The position numbers were made by a program, and so were the translations under genes. The notes below the pieces were generated by a model. The model did no database searches. It saw only the letters and a list, made by a program, of their open reading frames with translations, and was not told the DNA's origin. Below are positions 26,628-35,879 of a DNA stretch of 49,552 bases, piece after piece. The stretch lies in the NCBI GenBank assembly GCA_027492205.1, contig JAOZFN010000003.1, forward strand, positions 1 to 49,552, written 5' to 3'. This stretch comes from Thermoproteota archaeon (lineage in GTDB: Archaea > Korarchaeota > Korarchaeia > Korarchaeales > Korarchaeaceae). Each line of letters opens with the position of its first letter. Position 1 is the first letter of the stretch.

Positions 26628-28201
26628 ACTTGGCGGAAGTTACGTACCGGAGAACTGGCGATAAGATCCTCGATTCCCTCGTTTTGGCGGCCCTCACAGA
26701 TCTGACAGAGAGGCTGCGAGGAGAGGTTGAGTGGTATCCCGTAGATCCCCTCGGCGAGCCAAGTCTGATCAGGGTGAGCCTCCCTCAGGCCAAGACTGCA
26801 CTCGAAGTCAGGACTCAGCTGGCGCGAGAACTCGCCAGGGCCGTTAGGTCCTACTTTGTTGGCAGATCTCTTAGCGCGATTCGAGTTAATACCGGTGGTC
26901 GGGGAAAGCCGATTGAGAGGGATTTTTGCCTGTTCTGTTCCATGAAAAGCAGGCATAGGTGCCCAAGCGTAGACCTACTCGAAGCTGTGCGTGCGTTCGC
27001 AGAAAGCCCCACCGAGCATGCCCGGGAGGACAAGACGAGCACCCTTCTATCAGAGGTGGAACTTCAAGTGGCCTCAGAGTTGCTATTGTTTGTCGGCAGG
27101 GAGGGATTGGTCCTCGACGATCTGAAGGGAGGCGTCAAAAGGGGCCTGGAAGACTGTATGAAGAGACAAGATCCTTACAAGTTGCGCGAGATCTTAAGCA
27201 GACTAGGTAAGAAAGAGTTGAAAAAGATCAGGCTGAGGAGCCCATATCAACTCTTCTCCTTCTTTCCGTCAGGGATGAGGAAAACGAGGATCTCCGAGAT
27301 CAAGAATATCCCTGGGGGGCCGAATCCACCTCCCTATCTGATCTTAAGGCTCATCGTCAACGAATTAGCCCGCAGCGGGTCTCTAAATGAGTGGTCCCCA
27401 TTCGCAGTGTCTAAGGGGAAAACTAGCGGAGCAGAATCTCTCTATATATTCTTGTCTCCATACTGGTCAAAGGGAAAGTACGTATGGGACGGCAGGTATG
27501 AATCATCGTCTTCCTCCGTTCCGAGACAAATAGCCGCTCTGGCGCTCTACGGGACGTCGTTGCTAGGCCTATCGTGGCTGGCAGGCGTAGCGGTCTCTTT
27601 ACTCCTTATCCCACCTACACTCCCAGCGAACCACGCAGCGGCGGTGAAGCAGCTGAGCTTAGCCAGGCGGTTCGTGCGACTGACGAGCTTCGGCGAGTAC
27701 CAGAGCTATATTCTAGACAGGCGGATCTTGGCGTCACTGCCAGGGAGAGTTAAGTATCTTCCGATACTGACGAACTTGGACATTCCAGCGTTGGCAGAGC
27801 TTGCTAAGGGCGGATGGAAGTTCCTTCTAGTTGAGTTCGACACTAGACAAGGGATGCCTCAAAACCCAAGAAACTTCAGGGAGGAGGATCCAGGGCAGCT
27901 GGCAAGGTTCTTGATCGACTTGGGAGAGCACTTCAGCGAATTCAGAGAATGGATTCACTTCCTTATGAGCGCGTTTAGAATGGAAAAACACAGGAGAGAA
28001 GCGTCTGAAGTTCTGCTGGAGATAAGGAATGCGATAGTGTTTGGAGATCCATCGCGACTATCCATCGCGCTTGATAGATCGCTTAGGTTAGTCAAAACCA
28101 ACAATAGCCTAAGCTGGGGGATTTATGCTATCCCAAGAGGGAAGGCAGTCTCTCGAATGATCGAAGCAATTCAGAGGGCGGAGTCCGAGGTGTCGGATTG
28201 A
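26624..28201 (+). CDS. cas8a: Divergent type I-A large subunit Cas8a (Csa4/Cas8a2-like)
   Basis: Position after cas3''; N-terminal TGDKILDSLVL and central SLYIFLSPYWSKG...ALALYG resemble Csa4 motifs. Confidence 0.65.
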   Translation: MNLAEVTYRRTGDKILDSLVLAALTDLTERLRGEVEWYPVDPLGEPSLIRVSLPQAKTALEVRTQLARELARAVRSYFVGRSLSAIRVNTGGRGKPIERDFCLFCSMKSRHRCPSVDLLEAVRAFAESPTEHAREDKTSTLLSEVELQVASELLLFVGREGLVLDDLKGGVKRGLEDCMKRQDPYKLREILSRLGKKELKKIRLRSPYQLFSFFPSGMRKTRISEIKNIPGGPNPPPYLILRLIVNELARSGSLNEWSPFAVSKGKTSGAESLYIFLSPYWSKGKYVWDGRYESSSSSVPRQIAALALYGTSLLGLSWLAGVAVSLLLIPPTLPANHAAAVKQLSLARRFVRLTSFGEYQSYILDRRILASLPGRVKYLPILTNLDIPALAELAKGGWKFLLVEFDTRQGMPQNPRNFREEDPGQLARFLIDLGEHFSEFREWIHFLMSAFRMEKHRREASEVLLEIRNAIVFGDPSRLSIALDRSLRLVKTNNSLSWGIYAIPRGKAVSRMIEAIQRAESEVSD

Positions 28202-29001
28202 TGCCTGCCTTCGTGACTGTCAAGTTGTACCCTTCAACCACATTGATCTACGAGATCCCGTCCTCAGGCAAGCTGGCTCAGAGCTTATTCTTCAAGACCC
28301 TTGGATCGGCCGACCCCGAGTTAGCGCGCGAGATCCATGACGATCCTGCCTGCTCTGGTCTCAGCGCTCCATACGCCGTGAGCAGAATAACCACGGGTAG
28401 GCAGTACGTCCATGGGATATCTGCGGCTGTTGCGCCCGGGGATCATGTGAGGCTGACTGTAAAGCTCCTCAGGGATGACTTGCTTGACCCACTTCTGAGG
28501 GGTCTGGCATCGGGGGAGTTTGAGCTTAATCGTGTCCCAGTAACCCCAATGGAGGTCAAGTTTCACAGAAAGCGCTACGACGACCTGTGGAGAGACAGTC
28601 CTATTGCGCGGAAGGTTTCCTTTAGGTTCCTGACTCACGCTCTCATTGGAAAGGCCTTCCCGCCGTCCCTTAGCACTCTCCTTGAGAGACCCATAGCCGC
28701 TTGGAATGCTTGGGCTCCGGAGTACCTGAAGTTTGACGAGGAGCACCTTAAGGGTCTCGAGCTGGCCGCTCCTACATCGCCCAGTTGGCTGAGAGAAGGT
28801 GCCGTGAGATTGTGGCATGGAACGCAGAGGAGAGAGTACATAGGTTACTTGGGGCAGCTCACCTACGACCTGAGGCGACTAGACTCCTTCTCCGGCAGGA
28901 TCCTAGCTACTCTCGCAAGGTTTTCTGAGTTCTCTGGGATAGGCACTAAGACTACCATGGGATTTGGCGTTGTAAGGGTTAGTCTCGGAGTTTGGAGGTA
29001 A
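28198..29001 (+). CDS. cas6: crRNA-processing endoribonuclease Cas6
   Basis: AREIHD, PYAVS, FRFLT, C-terminal G-rich loop FSGIGTKTTMGFG. Confidence 0.92.
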   Translation: MMPAFVTVKLYPSTTLIYEIPSSGKLAQSLFFKTLGSADPELAREIHDDPACSGLSAPYAVSRITTGRQYVHGISAAVAPGDHVRLTVKLLRDDLLDPLLRGLASGEFELNRVPVTPMEVKFHRKRYDDLWRDSPIARKVSFRFLTHALIGKAFPPSLSTLLERPIAAWNAWAPEYLKFDEEHLKGLELAAPTSPSWLREGAVRLWHGTQRREYIGYLGQLTYDLRRLDSFSGRILATLARFSEFSGIGTKTTMGFGVVRVSLGVWR

Positions 29002-29132
29002 AGTAGATTTCTTAGATTCCTTAGTTTAGTCATGAGTAACTCAAGCCCTAGACCTTACTAATTGGCGTATTCAGCGCTAAACATCGTGCTGAGAGACTGG
29101 GATCGCTCGAAATGACTCTCCATTCGAAAAGA

Positions 29133-30020
29133 TCAGGAGGAGAGGCCGAGGGCGGCCTCCAGCGCCCTCGCCCTTGCGGCCGCCTTCCTCAGGATGAGTT
29201 CGGCGGTCTTAGGCGATACCCACCCGATCTCGCTGGCGAGGGCCAGCGCCTTCTGCGCCGCCCTGGCCACGATGGGCTCGACGGTCTTGTCCGTGACGAT
29301 GCCCTGCTCGACGGCCAGCGATATTCCGGCACCGGCGGCCCTGCTCAGCTCTTTCAGTATCTCCTCCCTCGTCTTGGCGAGCACTTCCGGGGACCAGAAG
29401 ATGCCCTCCTTGTCCACGGCGCCAGAGACCTCAAGCCTGACCTCGACCGGCTTTATCCCGAGGGCCTTCAGTATCTCCGCGATCTGCGCCTGGACCTTCT
29501 CGCCCCTCTTGACTATCACGAAGTCCTCGGAGATGGATATCTTGCCCCCCACGATCTTGGTGGGGACGCCAAGTGCCCTGAGGTCGGTCAGTATCGGGCC
29601 TGGGGCCAGGTCCGTGGGTCCGGCCGGTATCACTATGTCCTCCTTCGCCACCTCCCCGGGCATTATGTCTACGTTGACCGTTTTCTCCCTGAGCTTCTGG
29701 TAGAGCCTCCACGGGCTCTCCTTGCTGAAGATTATCATGAGCCTCTGCGGCACGTGGTCGAGGAGCTTGTTCAGTCCCTCCCTGAAGTCGACCTTTGAGA
29801 AGGCTATCGGGACTAGCCTCTTCTTCACGACCATCAGCTTCGTGTCCGGGGCGAGCTCCTTTCTGATCCTCTGCAGGAAGTCCGCCGGGGATCTTCCAAA
29901 GTCGGCGAACATGACCGTTGGGAACTCCTTGGCTCCCTCGACTATCTTGCGAACCATCTCCTCCTTCCTGAGCCTGGCCGGGCTCTTCCTCTTCCTGGCC
30001 CTCACTTCCGCGGAGCTCAT
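29133..30020 (-). CDS. rpl10: 50S ribosomal protein uL10 (P0)
   Basis: LQRIRKEL, IVIPAGPTDLAPGP, LGVPTKI, LKALGIKP; follows L1. Confidence 0.92.
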   Translation of the reverse strand: MSSAEVRARKRKSPARLRKEEMVRKIVEGAKEFPTVMFADFGRSPADFLQRIRKELAPDTKLMVVKKRLVPIAFSKVDFREGLNKLLDHVPQRLMIIFSKESPWRLYQKLREKTVNVDIMPGEVAKEDIVIPAGPTDLAPGPILTDLRALGVPTKIVGGKISISEDFVIVKRGEKVQAQIAEILKALGIKPVEVRLEVSGAVDKEGIFWSPEVLAKTREEILKELSRAAGAGISLAVEQGIVTDKTVEPIVARAAQKALALASEIGWVSPKTAELILRKAAARARALEAALGLSS

Positions 30021-30715
30021 CTCTTCCTTCGCCTCCCACCCATTGCGGCCTCGACCCTTATCGCGGGCCCCATCGTGGTCTTGACGTACACGGCCTCCAG
30101 CACTCCCAGATCACCGTACTTCCTCTCCAGGGCGGCCAGCACGGCCTTAATGTTCTCCACTATCTCGTCGGGATCCATGTCCCTCGTGCCCACCCGCGCG
30201 TGGATGACGGGCTGATCCCTCATCCTTACCCTCACGGACCTCTTCAGCCTCTGGATGGTGTCCGGCAGCTGATCCACCCTCGTGGCCGGGAGCGGAATGG
30301 GCATCTTGTTCCTGGGGCCGAATATAGGGCCTATGTCCCTGGCCAGCTTGGGTAGGGCGTCGGCCTGGGCGACGAAGAAGTCGAACCTGTTGGCCAGCTT
30401 CCGGAGTTCCCTCTTGTTCTTGGCCACGCTGAGGATCTCGGCCGGGTCGAAGACCGCGTCCGCCCCGGCGTCCCTCGCCTTGGTCGCGAACTCTCCCGTC
30501 CCTATGACCGCCACCTTGGCCTCCTTCCCCTTCGGCGCGTGTGGGAGCGCGACTATCTCGTTGATCTTGAGGGACGGGTCCTTCTTGAGATCCAGCCCCC
30601 TGAACACCACCGTGAGGTCAACGGACTCCTTGAACCTCCTCCGGGGGCTCTCCTCTATGGCCCTCCTCACGGCCTCCCTCAGGGGATCTTCCAACGCGGA
30701 GATCGTAACGGCCAT
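30017..30715 (-). CDS. rpl1: 50S ribosomal protein uL1
   Basis: RRFKESVDL, LPH, GPRNKMP, VYVKTTMGP. Confidence 0.95.
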   Translation of the reverse strand: MAVTISALEDPLREAVRRAIEESPRRRFKESVDLTVVFRGLDLKKDPSLKINEIVALPHAPKGKEAKVAVIGTGEFATKARDAGADAVFDPAEILSVAKNKRELRKLANRFDFFVAQADALPKLARDIGPIFGPRNKMPIPLPATRVDQLPDTIQRLKRSVRVRMRDQPVIHARVGTRDMDPDEIVENIKAVLAALERKYGDLGVLEAVYVKTTMGPAIRVEAAMGGRRRKR

Positions 30716-30737
30716 GATCAACACCCCTCACGCCTAT

Positions 30738-31229
30738 TCAGGATCCCTCCTCCTTCAAGAGGTCGTCCCAGAGACCTGCGTCGACGTCCTTGATGGCCTC
30801 CTTGGGGTGCTTTCCCTCCACGGTCATGCCAACGCTGACGGCCGTGCCGAGCACCTGCTTCACCGCCGACTTCAGGCTGGTGGTGTTCATGGACTCGAGC
30901 TTCATCTTGGCTACCTTCACGATCTGCTCCCTCTTCAGGTCACCGACCGACTTCGAGCCAGCCTCGCCCGATCCCTTCTCAACACCTATCTCTCGGATCA
31001 GCAGCATTGAGGTCGGGGGGAGGCCGACCCTCACCTCGTACTGTCTGGTCTCCAGATCGACGATTATCTCGACTGGGACCTTCATCCCCGCGTATTCCTT
31101 CGTCTTCTGATTTATCTCGCCTACTATCCTGCCTATGTCAACTCCGAGGCCGCCCAGCGCCGGGCCGATCGGCGGCCCAGGCGTGGCCTTTCCACCTTCC
31201 ACGAGGACCTTGACGACCTTCTTGGGCAT
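30738..31229 (-). CDS. rpl11: 50S ribosomal protein uL11
   Basis: VEGGKATPGPPIGPALG, GMKVPV, PPTS; GGAGGTG RBS before ATG 31229. Confidence 0.96.
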   Translation of the reverse strand: MPKKVVKVLVEGGKATPGPPIGPALGGLGVDIGRIVGEINQKTKEYAGMKVPVEIIVDLETRQYEVRVGLPPTSMLLIREIGVEKGSGEAGSKSVGDLKREQIVKVAKMKLESMNTTSLKSAVKQVLGTAVSVGMTVEGKHPKEAIKDVDAGLWDDLLKEEGS

Positions 31230-31250
31230 CTGGTACACCTCCTCAGCCTA

Positions 31251-31784
31251 TCAGGCTTCCTCTTCCCCAGGAGGAGCCTCCTCCCCCTTCTCCCCTCCCT
31301 TCTCCACCAGCTTGACGCTGTCGACGGGGAGTTGGACCTCCCAGTCTCGCTCGATGTCGAGCAGCCTCGCCGTTATCAACTTTCTCCCCTTCCCCGAGGG
31401 TGAGGAGAGGACGAGCGCGCGGAATCCCTTGAAGTTACCCCTGATTATCTGGACTACGTCCCCCGGCTCTATCTCAATCTTCTCGGGCTCCCTGTAGAGG
31501 AGGGCGTCGATCTCCGAGAGCGGGACGGGACTGCCGGGGAGCATCTTTGCCCTGGACACTCCCTTCACGAGCTTCCTGACCTCGTACTCCCTGTCGGCCT
31601 CTAGGAACAGGTAACCCCTCAGCCTGGGGACGAAGAGGATGGATCTCACTCCCAGCCGTGAGTACTCTGCCTTCTTGGCGAGGAGCTTTATGATCCCGGC
31701 CTCTTGCCCAGCGGGCACCTTCACGACGAAGAAGAAAGCCCGCCCCTCTCGCTCCTCGCCTCTGCCTCCGGCGCCCTCGCTCAT
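31251..31784 (-). CDS. spt5: Transcription elongation factor Spt5/NusG
   Basis: NGN domain (GQE, LRGYLFLEA) and KOW motif (PGDVVQIIRGNFKG); start adjusted to ATG 31784. Confidence 0.92.
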   Translation of the reverse strand: MSEGAGGRGEEREGRAFFFVVKVPAGQEAGIIKLLAKKAEYSRLGVRSILFVPRLRGYLFLEADREYEVRKLVKGVSRAKMLPGSPVPLSEIDALLYREPEKIEIEPGDVVQIIRGNFKGFRALVLSSPSGKGRKLITARLLDIERDWEVQLPVDSVKLVEKGGEKGEEAPPGEEEA

Positions 31785-31804
31785 CGCCCAAGCACCCTCG
31801 GAGC

Positions 31805-31981
31805 CTATACCTGCCCCCCGCTCATCAGGGTGACGGCCAGCTGCAGGAGGAAGCCGATCAACCCGACGAGCAAGAAGCCCAAGAACGTTATCTTGAAGAC
31901 CGTCCAGAGGTCGTCCCACGTGGGCTTTCTAGCCACCTTGAGCGTCCTCTTGATGGCCTCTAAGATATCCTCGCCCACCAA
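31805..31981 (-). CDS. secE: Protein translocase subunit SecE/Sec61-gamma (58 aa, not in the ORF track)
   Basis: Manual translation MVGEDILEAIKRTLKVARKPTWDDLWTVFKITFLGFLLVGLIGFLLQL...; ARKP motif plus one TM helix; conserved ftsZ-secE-spt5 order. Confidence 0.92.
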   Translation of the reverse strand: MVGEDILEAIKRTLKVARKPTWDDLWTVFKITFLGFLLVGLIGFLLQLAVTLMSGGQV

Positions 31982-31998
31982 TGCGGCCCCACCCCACC

Positions 31999-33192
31999 TC
32001 AGACGCCCTCAATCCCCAGGTCGCTCAATATATCCTTCTTGCTCCTGGCGGCCGGTCTCCTGATCCCTATCGTGGGCTTAGTGGGCTCCAGGGGACTCAC
32101 CGCGGCCTCCCTCTCAATCTTCGCCTCCCTCACCACGCCTTCCAGCTCCTCTATGTAGGGTGAGGTCACCCCGGTGACGATGAGGAGTACCTGGACCACC
32201 CCCTCCAAGTCGTCCTCTATCCTGGCGCCCCAGATCACGTTTGCCTCCGGGTCCAGCGCGCTGACCACGGTCTCGACGACCCTCTTCATCTCCTGCAGGG
32301 ACAGGTCCGGTCCGCACGTTATGTTCACCACGGCGGCCTTGGCGCCCGAGATGTCCGCTTCGAGCAGTGGGTTCGCGAGCGCGTCTTCCACGGCCTCAAC
32401 GGACCTGTCCTCCCCCTCGCTCTCTCCGAACGCGAGTATAGCAGGTCCACCGCGCTCCAGGACGGCTCTAAGGTCGGCGAAGTCTACGTTGATGAGCCCG
32501 GGCTTGGTCACCAGCTCGACGACGCCCTTGACCGACCTGGCCATTATCTCGTCCGCTATCAGGAACGCCTCGTGCAGGGGGCGGTCGCCGACCAGCTCCA
32601 GTATCCTGTCGTTGTTCACGATCACGACGGTGTCAGAACTCTTCAGGACGTTTGCGAGCCCCTCTCTGGCGATCTCGTTTCTCCTTCTCCCCTCGGCCTC
32701 GAAGGGCAGGGTGACCATCGAGACCACCACGGCCCCAAGTTCCTTCGCGACGCTCGCTATCACGGGGAGCCCGCCGGTGCCGGTCCCGCCGCCGAGGCCG
32801 GCCATCAGAAAGACGATGTCCGATCCGTCCAGCAGCTCCCTGATCTCCGGCTCGCTCTCCTTTGCAGCCTCCTCGCCTATCTTGGGGTCCCCTCCAGCCC
32901 CGCTCCCGCCGCATAGCTCCCTTCCGAGGAGGAGCTTCCTGTCGGCGACGCTCTCTAAGAGGTGCTGGGCGTCGGTGTTGGCCGCCACGGTGACGACGCC
33001 CTCCAGCCCGAGCGCGTTCAGCCTGGTGACCGTGTTGCTACCTGCGCCACCTACGCCAACAATGACGATCTTCGCCCTCACCCTCTCGAGGAACTCCCTG
33101 AGGTACTGGTCCTCCAGCGCCTCCCTGCGTACTTCTGAGGCTCCTGTGGGCGGAGATAGGGCCCTTTTAGCTAACGACTTCACCTCAATCAC
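31999..33192 (-). CDS. ftsZ: Cell division protein FtsZ1
   Basis: GVGGAGSN, NTDAQHL, GLGGGTGTG, PFEAEG, GLINVDFADL T7 loop, IWGA. Confidence 0.97.
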   Translation of the reverse strand: MIEVKSLAKRALSPPTGASEVRREALEDQYLREFLERVRAKIVIVGVGGAGSNTVTRLNALGLEGVVTVAANTDAQHLLESVADRKLLLGRELCGGSGAGGDPKIGEEAAKESEPEIRELLDGSDIVFLMAGLGGGTGTGGLPVIASVAKELGAVVVSMVTLPFEAEGRRRNEIAREGLANVLKSSDTVVIVNNDRILELVGDRPLHEAFLIADEIMARSVKGVVELVTKPGLINVDFADLRAVLERGGPAILAFGESEGEDRSVEAVEDALANPLLEADISGAKAAVVNITCGPDLSLQEMKRVVETVVSALDPEANVIWGARIEDDLEGVVQVLLIVTGVTSPYIEELEGVVREAKIEREAAVSPLEPTKPTIGIRRPAARSKKDILSDLGIEGV

Positions 33193-33284
33193 CTCACTAA
33201 CTTACTCAAAACCGCGCGGTCCCGCCGCTCATATTAAATATGGTGGTAAGCGATACGTCGAGCGCGGCGTTGCGCCGAGTCGGT

Positions 33285-33375
33285 GGGCCCGTAGCTCAGC
33301 CTGGTAGAGCGCCGGCCTTGCACGCCCCGCCAGGAAAGCCGGAGGTCGCGGGTTCAAGTCCCGCCGGGTCCACCA
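33285..33375 (+). tRNA. tRNA-Ala(TGC) with a 14-nt intron at 37/38 (33323-33336), CCA encoded
   Basis: G3:U70 pair, anticodon TGC at 33319-33321, BHB helix CTTG/CAGG with CAC and AAA bulges. Confidence 0.92.
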
Positions 33376-33430
33376 CCCATCCCCTCCCGAGGGAACCTTA
33401 ATATTGGGTGGTCCAGCCGCCAGCGGTCGA

Positions 33431-33525
33431 GGGCCCGTGGCTCAGCCTGGCAGAGCGCCCGGCTGATAACCCGTCTGGTGGTGGAAACCGGGAGGTCGCG
33501 GGTTCAAGTCCCGCCGGGCCCACCA
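33431..33525 (+). tRNA. tRNA-Ile(GAT) with an 18-nt intron at 37/38 (33469-33486), CCA encoded
   Basis: Anticodon GAT at 33465-33467; stem CCCGG/CCGGG closes only after removing the insert; relaxed BHB. Confidence 0.88.
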
Positions 33526-33549
33526 CCCATCTCCCGAGGGTGTCCCTCG

Positions 33550-34614
33550 TTGAGGCTCTGGGTCGACATAGTGAACTCGCCCCACGTCAGGCTCTTTGAG
33601 AGGTTCCTGTCCCTGTTCTCGTCGGATTTAGAGGAGGTATTGGTGACTACCAGAAGGTACGGGGCCCTCCCAGACCTCGTTCAAAGGCTGATCTCTCCCA
33701 TTCTGGGCCAGCGCTCGGAGATCCTAGTGGTCGGCGAGAGGGAGGCGGATCGGGTCGGAAAGCTGAAGTCCCACCTGTCCCGCGTCTCGGCCCTCGCAGA
33801 CCCGGTCGCCGAGTTCGGGCCCGATGCAGCCATCTCGAAGGCCTCTCCCGAGCTCGCGAGGGTGGCCTTTGGACTAGGGGTCCCGTCGGTGATCGCGAAT
33901 GACAACGATGAGAGCGCGTTCGTATGCAGGCTATCCTTCCCGCAGGCCGACTCGATAGTAGTCCCCGAGTCTTTTCCCGATCGAGTCATCTTGGCCAGCG
34001 GGGGGTCACTGCGGGCGACGAGGAAGTTCCGGGGAGTCTTCGAGGTCGCGCACGTCCTTCAGCACTTCGATCGGGGACCATTCGAACCGGTTCGACCGGA
34101 GGACCTTGGGGTCGAGCCGGGCGGGTACGTGATCTTCCGGCCGGAACCCTTCGGCGCCTCTTACCTCACGGGGGCCGCCAGGTCGCCCCAGTACCTCAGG
34201 GAGATTTCGCGCAGATACGACGTCCTCGTGATCCCACGGGGACCGGAGGACGAACCTCTCTGGCGGAGGGAGGGCGCCAAGGTGGTTTCGCCGCCGGTCG
34301 ACTTCCTGGATCTGGCGTCGCGGGCGGCGGCCGTCGTGGGGGCCGGCGGGACGATGACCCGCGAGGCCGCCCTCCTTGGGGTTCCCGCGGCATCAGCCTT
34401 TCCCGGCAGGGAGCCCTGCGTCAGCCTTGAGCTTGAGCGGCTAGGGTTGATCTACAGGCTCAACGACCCGGTGGACATCCACGAATTCCTAGACCTTGCG
34501 AAGGACCGCGCGGCCTGGGAGCGGCGGGCCAGGGACTACATTCACTCCGCAGAGGATCCAGCCAAGGTCCTTTGGGAGGAGGTCAATCGCGTGGTCGAGC
34601 GCCGGAGAGCTTGA
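33550..34614 (+). CDS. DUF354 family GT-B-fold protein (putative glycosyltransferase)
   Basis: LWVDIVNSPHVRLF, ARVAFGLGVP, GAGGTMTREAALLGVP; start adjusted to TTG 33550. Confidence 0.85.
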   Translation: MRLWVDIVNSPHVRLFERFLSLFSSDLEEVLVTTRRYGALPDLVQRLISPILGQRSEILVVGEREADRVGKLKSHLSRVSALADPVAEFGPDAAISKASPELARVAFGLGVPSVIANDNDESAFVCRLSFPQADSIVVPESFPDRVILASGGSLRATRKFRGVFEVAHVLQHFDRGPFEPVRPEDLGVEPGGYVIFRPEPFGASYLTGAARSPQYLREISRRYDVLVIPRGPEDEPLWRREGAKVVSPPVDFLDLASRAAAVVGAGGTMTREAALLGVPAASAFPGREPCVSLELERLGLIYRLNDPVDIHEFLDLAKDRAAWERRARDYIHSAEDPAKVLWEEVNRVVERRRA

Positions 34615-34840
34615 CCCTGATCACGGCCGCCCTCACGGAGAGGTACCAGCCTCCTAGGGCAGCGGCTAGCGCCGCCAGCCCGGCCAGCACCTTTAACCCC
34701 TCAAGGATGAGGTTTCCCGCGGCCCAGTTCGTCACGAGGACGCGACCAATCAGGTAAGCTGCCAACATGAGGGCCCAGCCCTCTAGCACGAGCGCGACGC
34801 CGACCAACATCCCCCTGTCGACTCCCATGACGCTCACCAC
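34583..34840 (-). CDS. Small hypothetical membrane protein (two TM helices)
   Basis: Hydrophobic 85-aa ORF overlapping the stop of the upstream transferase gene. Confidence 0.5.
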   Translation of the reverse strand: MVSVMGVDRGMLVGVALVLEGWALMLAAYLIGRVLVTNWAAGNLILEGLKVLAGLAALAAALGGWYLSVRAAVIRVKLSGARPRD

Positions 34841-35826
34841 CCCGGAGTCAGGGCGAGGAGAGTCAGCACCGCCAGGAGCGCGGACAGGCCCGTGAGGAGG
34901 TGAGCCTCCCTGACGACCTCCGGCTCGGTCTTGGGCCTGTCGAGCGTGAGTATCGATATGAGGGTTATCGGGGCGGCCGGGTCCGGATTCGCCCTGATCA
35001 AACCACGGGAATCGACCAAGACGGGTCTCCTGGCAATCTGCCGCCTCTCCCTCAGTCCGCCCACGCTGCTCAGCAGGAAGAACCCCGAGACCATGAATGG
35101 CAGCATCGCAATCAGCAGGAAGGCCTCAAGCCCGTCGTACACCGGAATGGCGCTGAGGGCGGCCCCTATGGACAGAGAACCAACGTTGCCCGAGAACACA
35201 CGTGCTGGGTACCTGTTGTACCGGTAGTAGGCCAGCAGAGCGAGCCCCAGGACGAGGGCCAGCTGCGCGGTCGCGACCCCGCCGGTCAGCGCGCCGATAG
35301 CGGCCATGGCGCCGCAGGCGATTGCGACGCTTAGGGGCATCATCCCGTTCAGCGCGTCGTACATGTTGACCGCGTTCGTGACCACAGCCGCGTACGCGGG
35401 CACCAGTACGTTTATGGCGATGAAGAGCCTCGCCCTGCCCAGGATCGGGAGAAGGGGCCTTGGGTTCACCGCGCCCGCCGCGATCAGGGGCGCCGCAACC
35501 CCGAGCGTCAGGGTTGGCTTGAGCACCCCGCCAAGGTCCACCCGGTCGTCGAGCGCGCCGATCAGGGCCCCCGCGGCCGCAGCCCCCACGAACCCCACGG
35601 AGTGGGCCGAGCGGGTCAGCGCCCAGAGGAGGGCAGCTCCTACCGTGGCCCCAACGAAGACGGCGAACCCGGCCCCCTCTGGCACCTCAGGGTGGCCAGG
35701 CTTGTGCACGTCCACTCCGACCATCCCCCTCCGGCGCAGCCTCACCTCGAGGCGCCTGGTGAGCAGGTCCGTCACCGCGCCCGCCGCTGCGGCGGAGATC
35801 AGCGCGGCCGCGAGTTCTCCGAGCAT
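34834..35826 (-). CDS. Polyprenyl-phosphate HexNAc-1-phosphate transferase (AglH/GPT/MraY, Glycos_transf_4)
   Basis: GVDVHKP, VPEGAG, GALDD, NAVNMYDALNG, YNRYPARVFSGNVG. Confidence 0.88.
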   Translation of the reverse strand: MLGELAAALISAAAAGAVTDLLTRRLEVRLRRRGMVGVDVHKPGHPEVPEGAGFAVFVGATVGAALLWALTRSAHSVGFVGAAAAGALIGALDDRVDLGGVLKPTLTLGVAAPLIAAGAVNPRPLLPILGRARLFIAINVLVPAYAAVVTNAVNMYDALNGMMPLSVAIACGAMAAIGALTGGVATAQLALVLGLALLAYYRYNRYPARVFSGNVGSLSIGAALSAIPVYDGLEAFLLIAMLPFMVSGFFLLSSVGGLRERRQIARRPVLVDSRGLIRANPDPAAPITLISILTLDRPKTEPEVVREAHLLTGLSALLAVLTLLALTPGW

Positions 35827-35879
35827 TCGGTCGACCCCCTCCTTCCCGTTTATTAAATGGGGGACCTTGTCGTCAGAGG

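Noticed and set aside
29060-29115. Peptide YSALNIVLR resembling TnpB RuvC-III at the right edge of the island
   Set aside because: No DRD or zinc ribbon upstream; too short to distinguish from chance.
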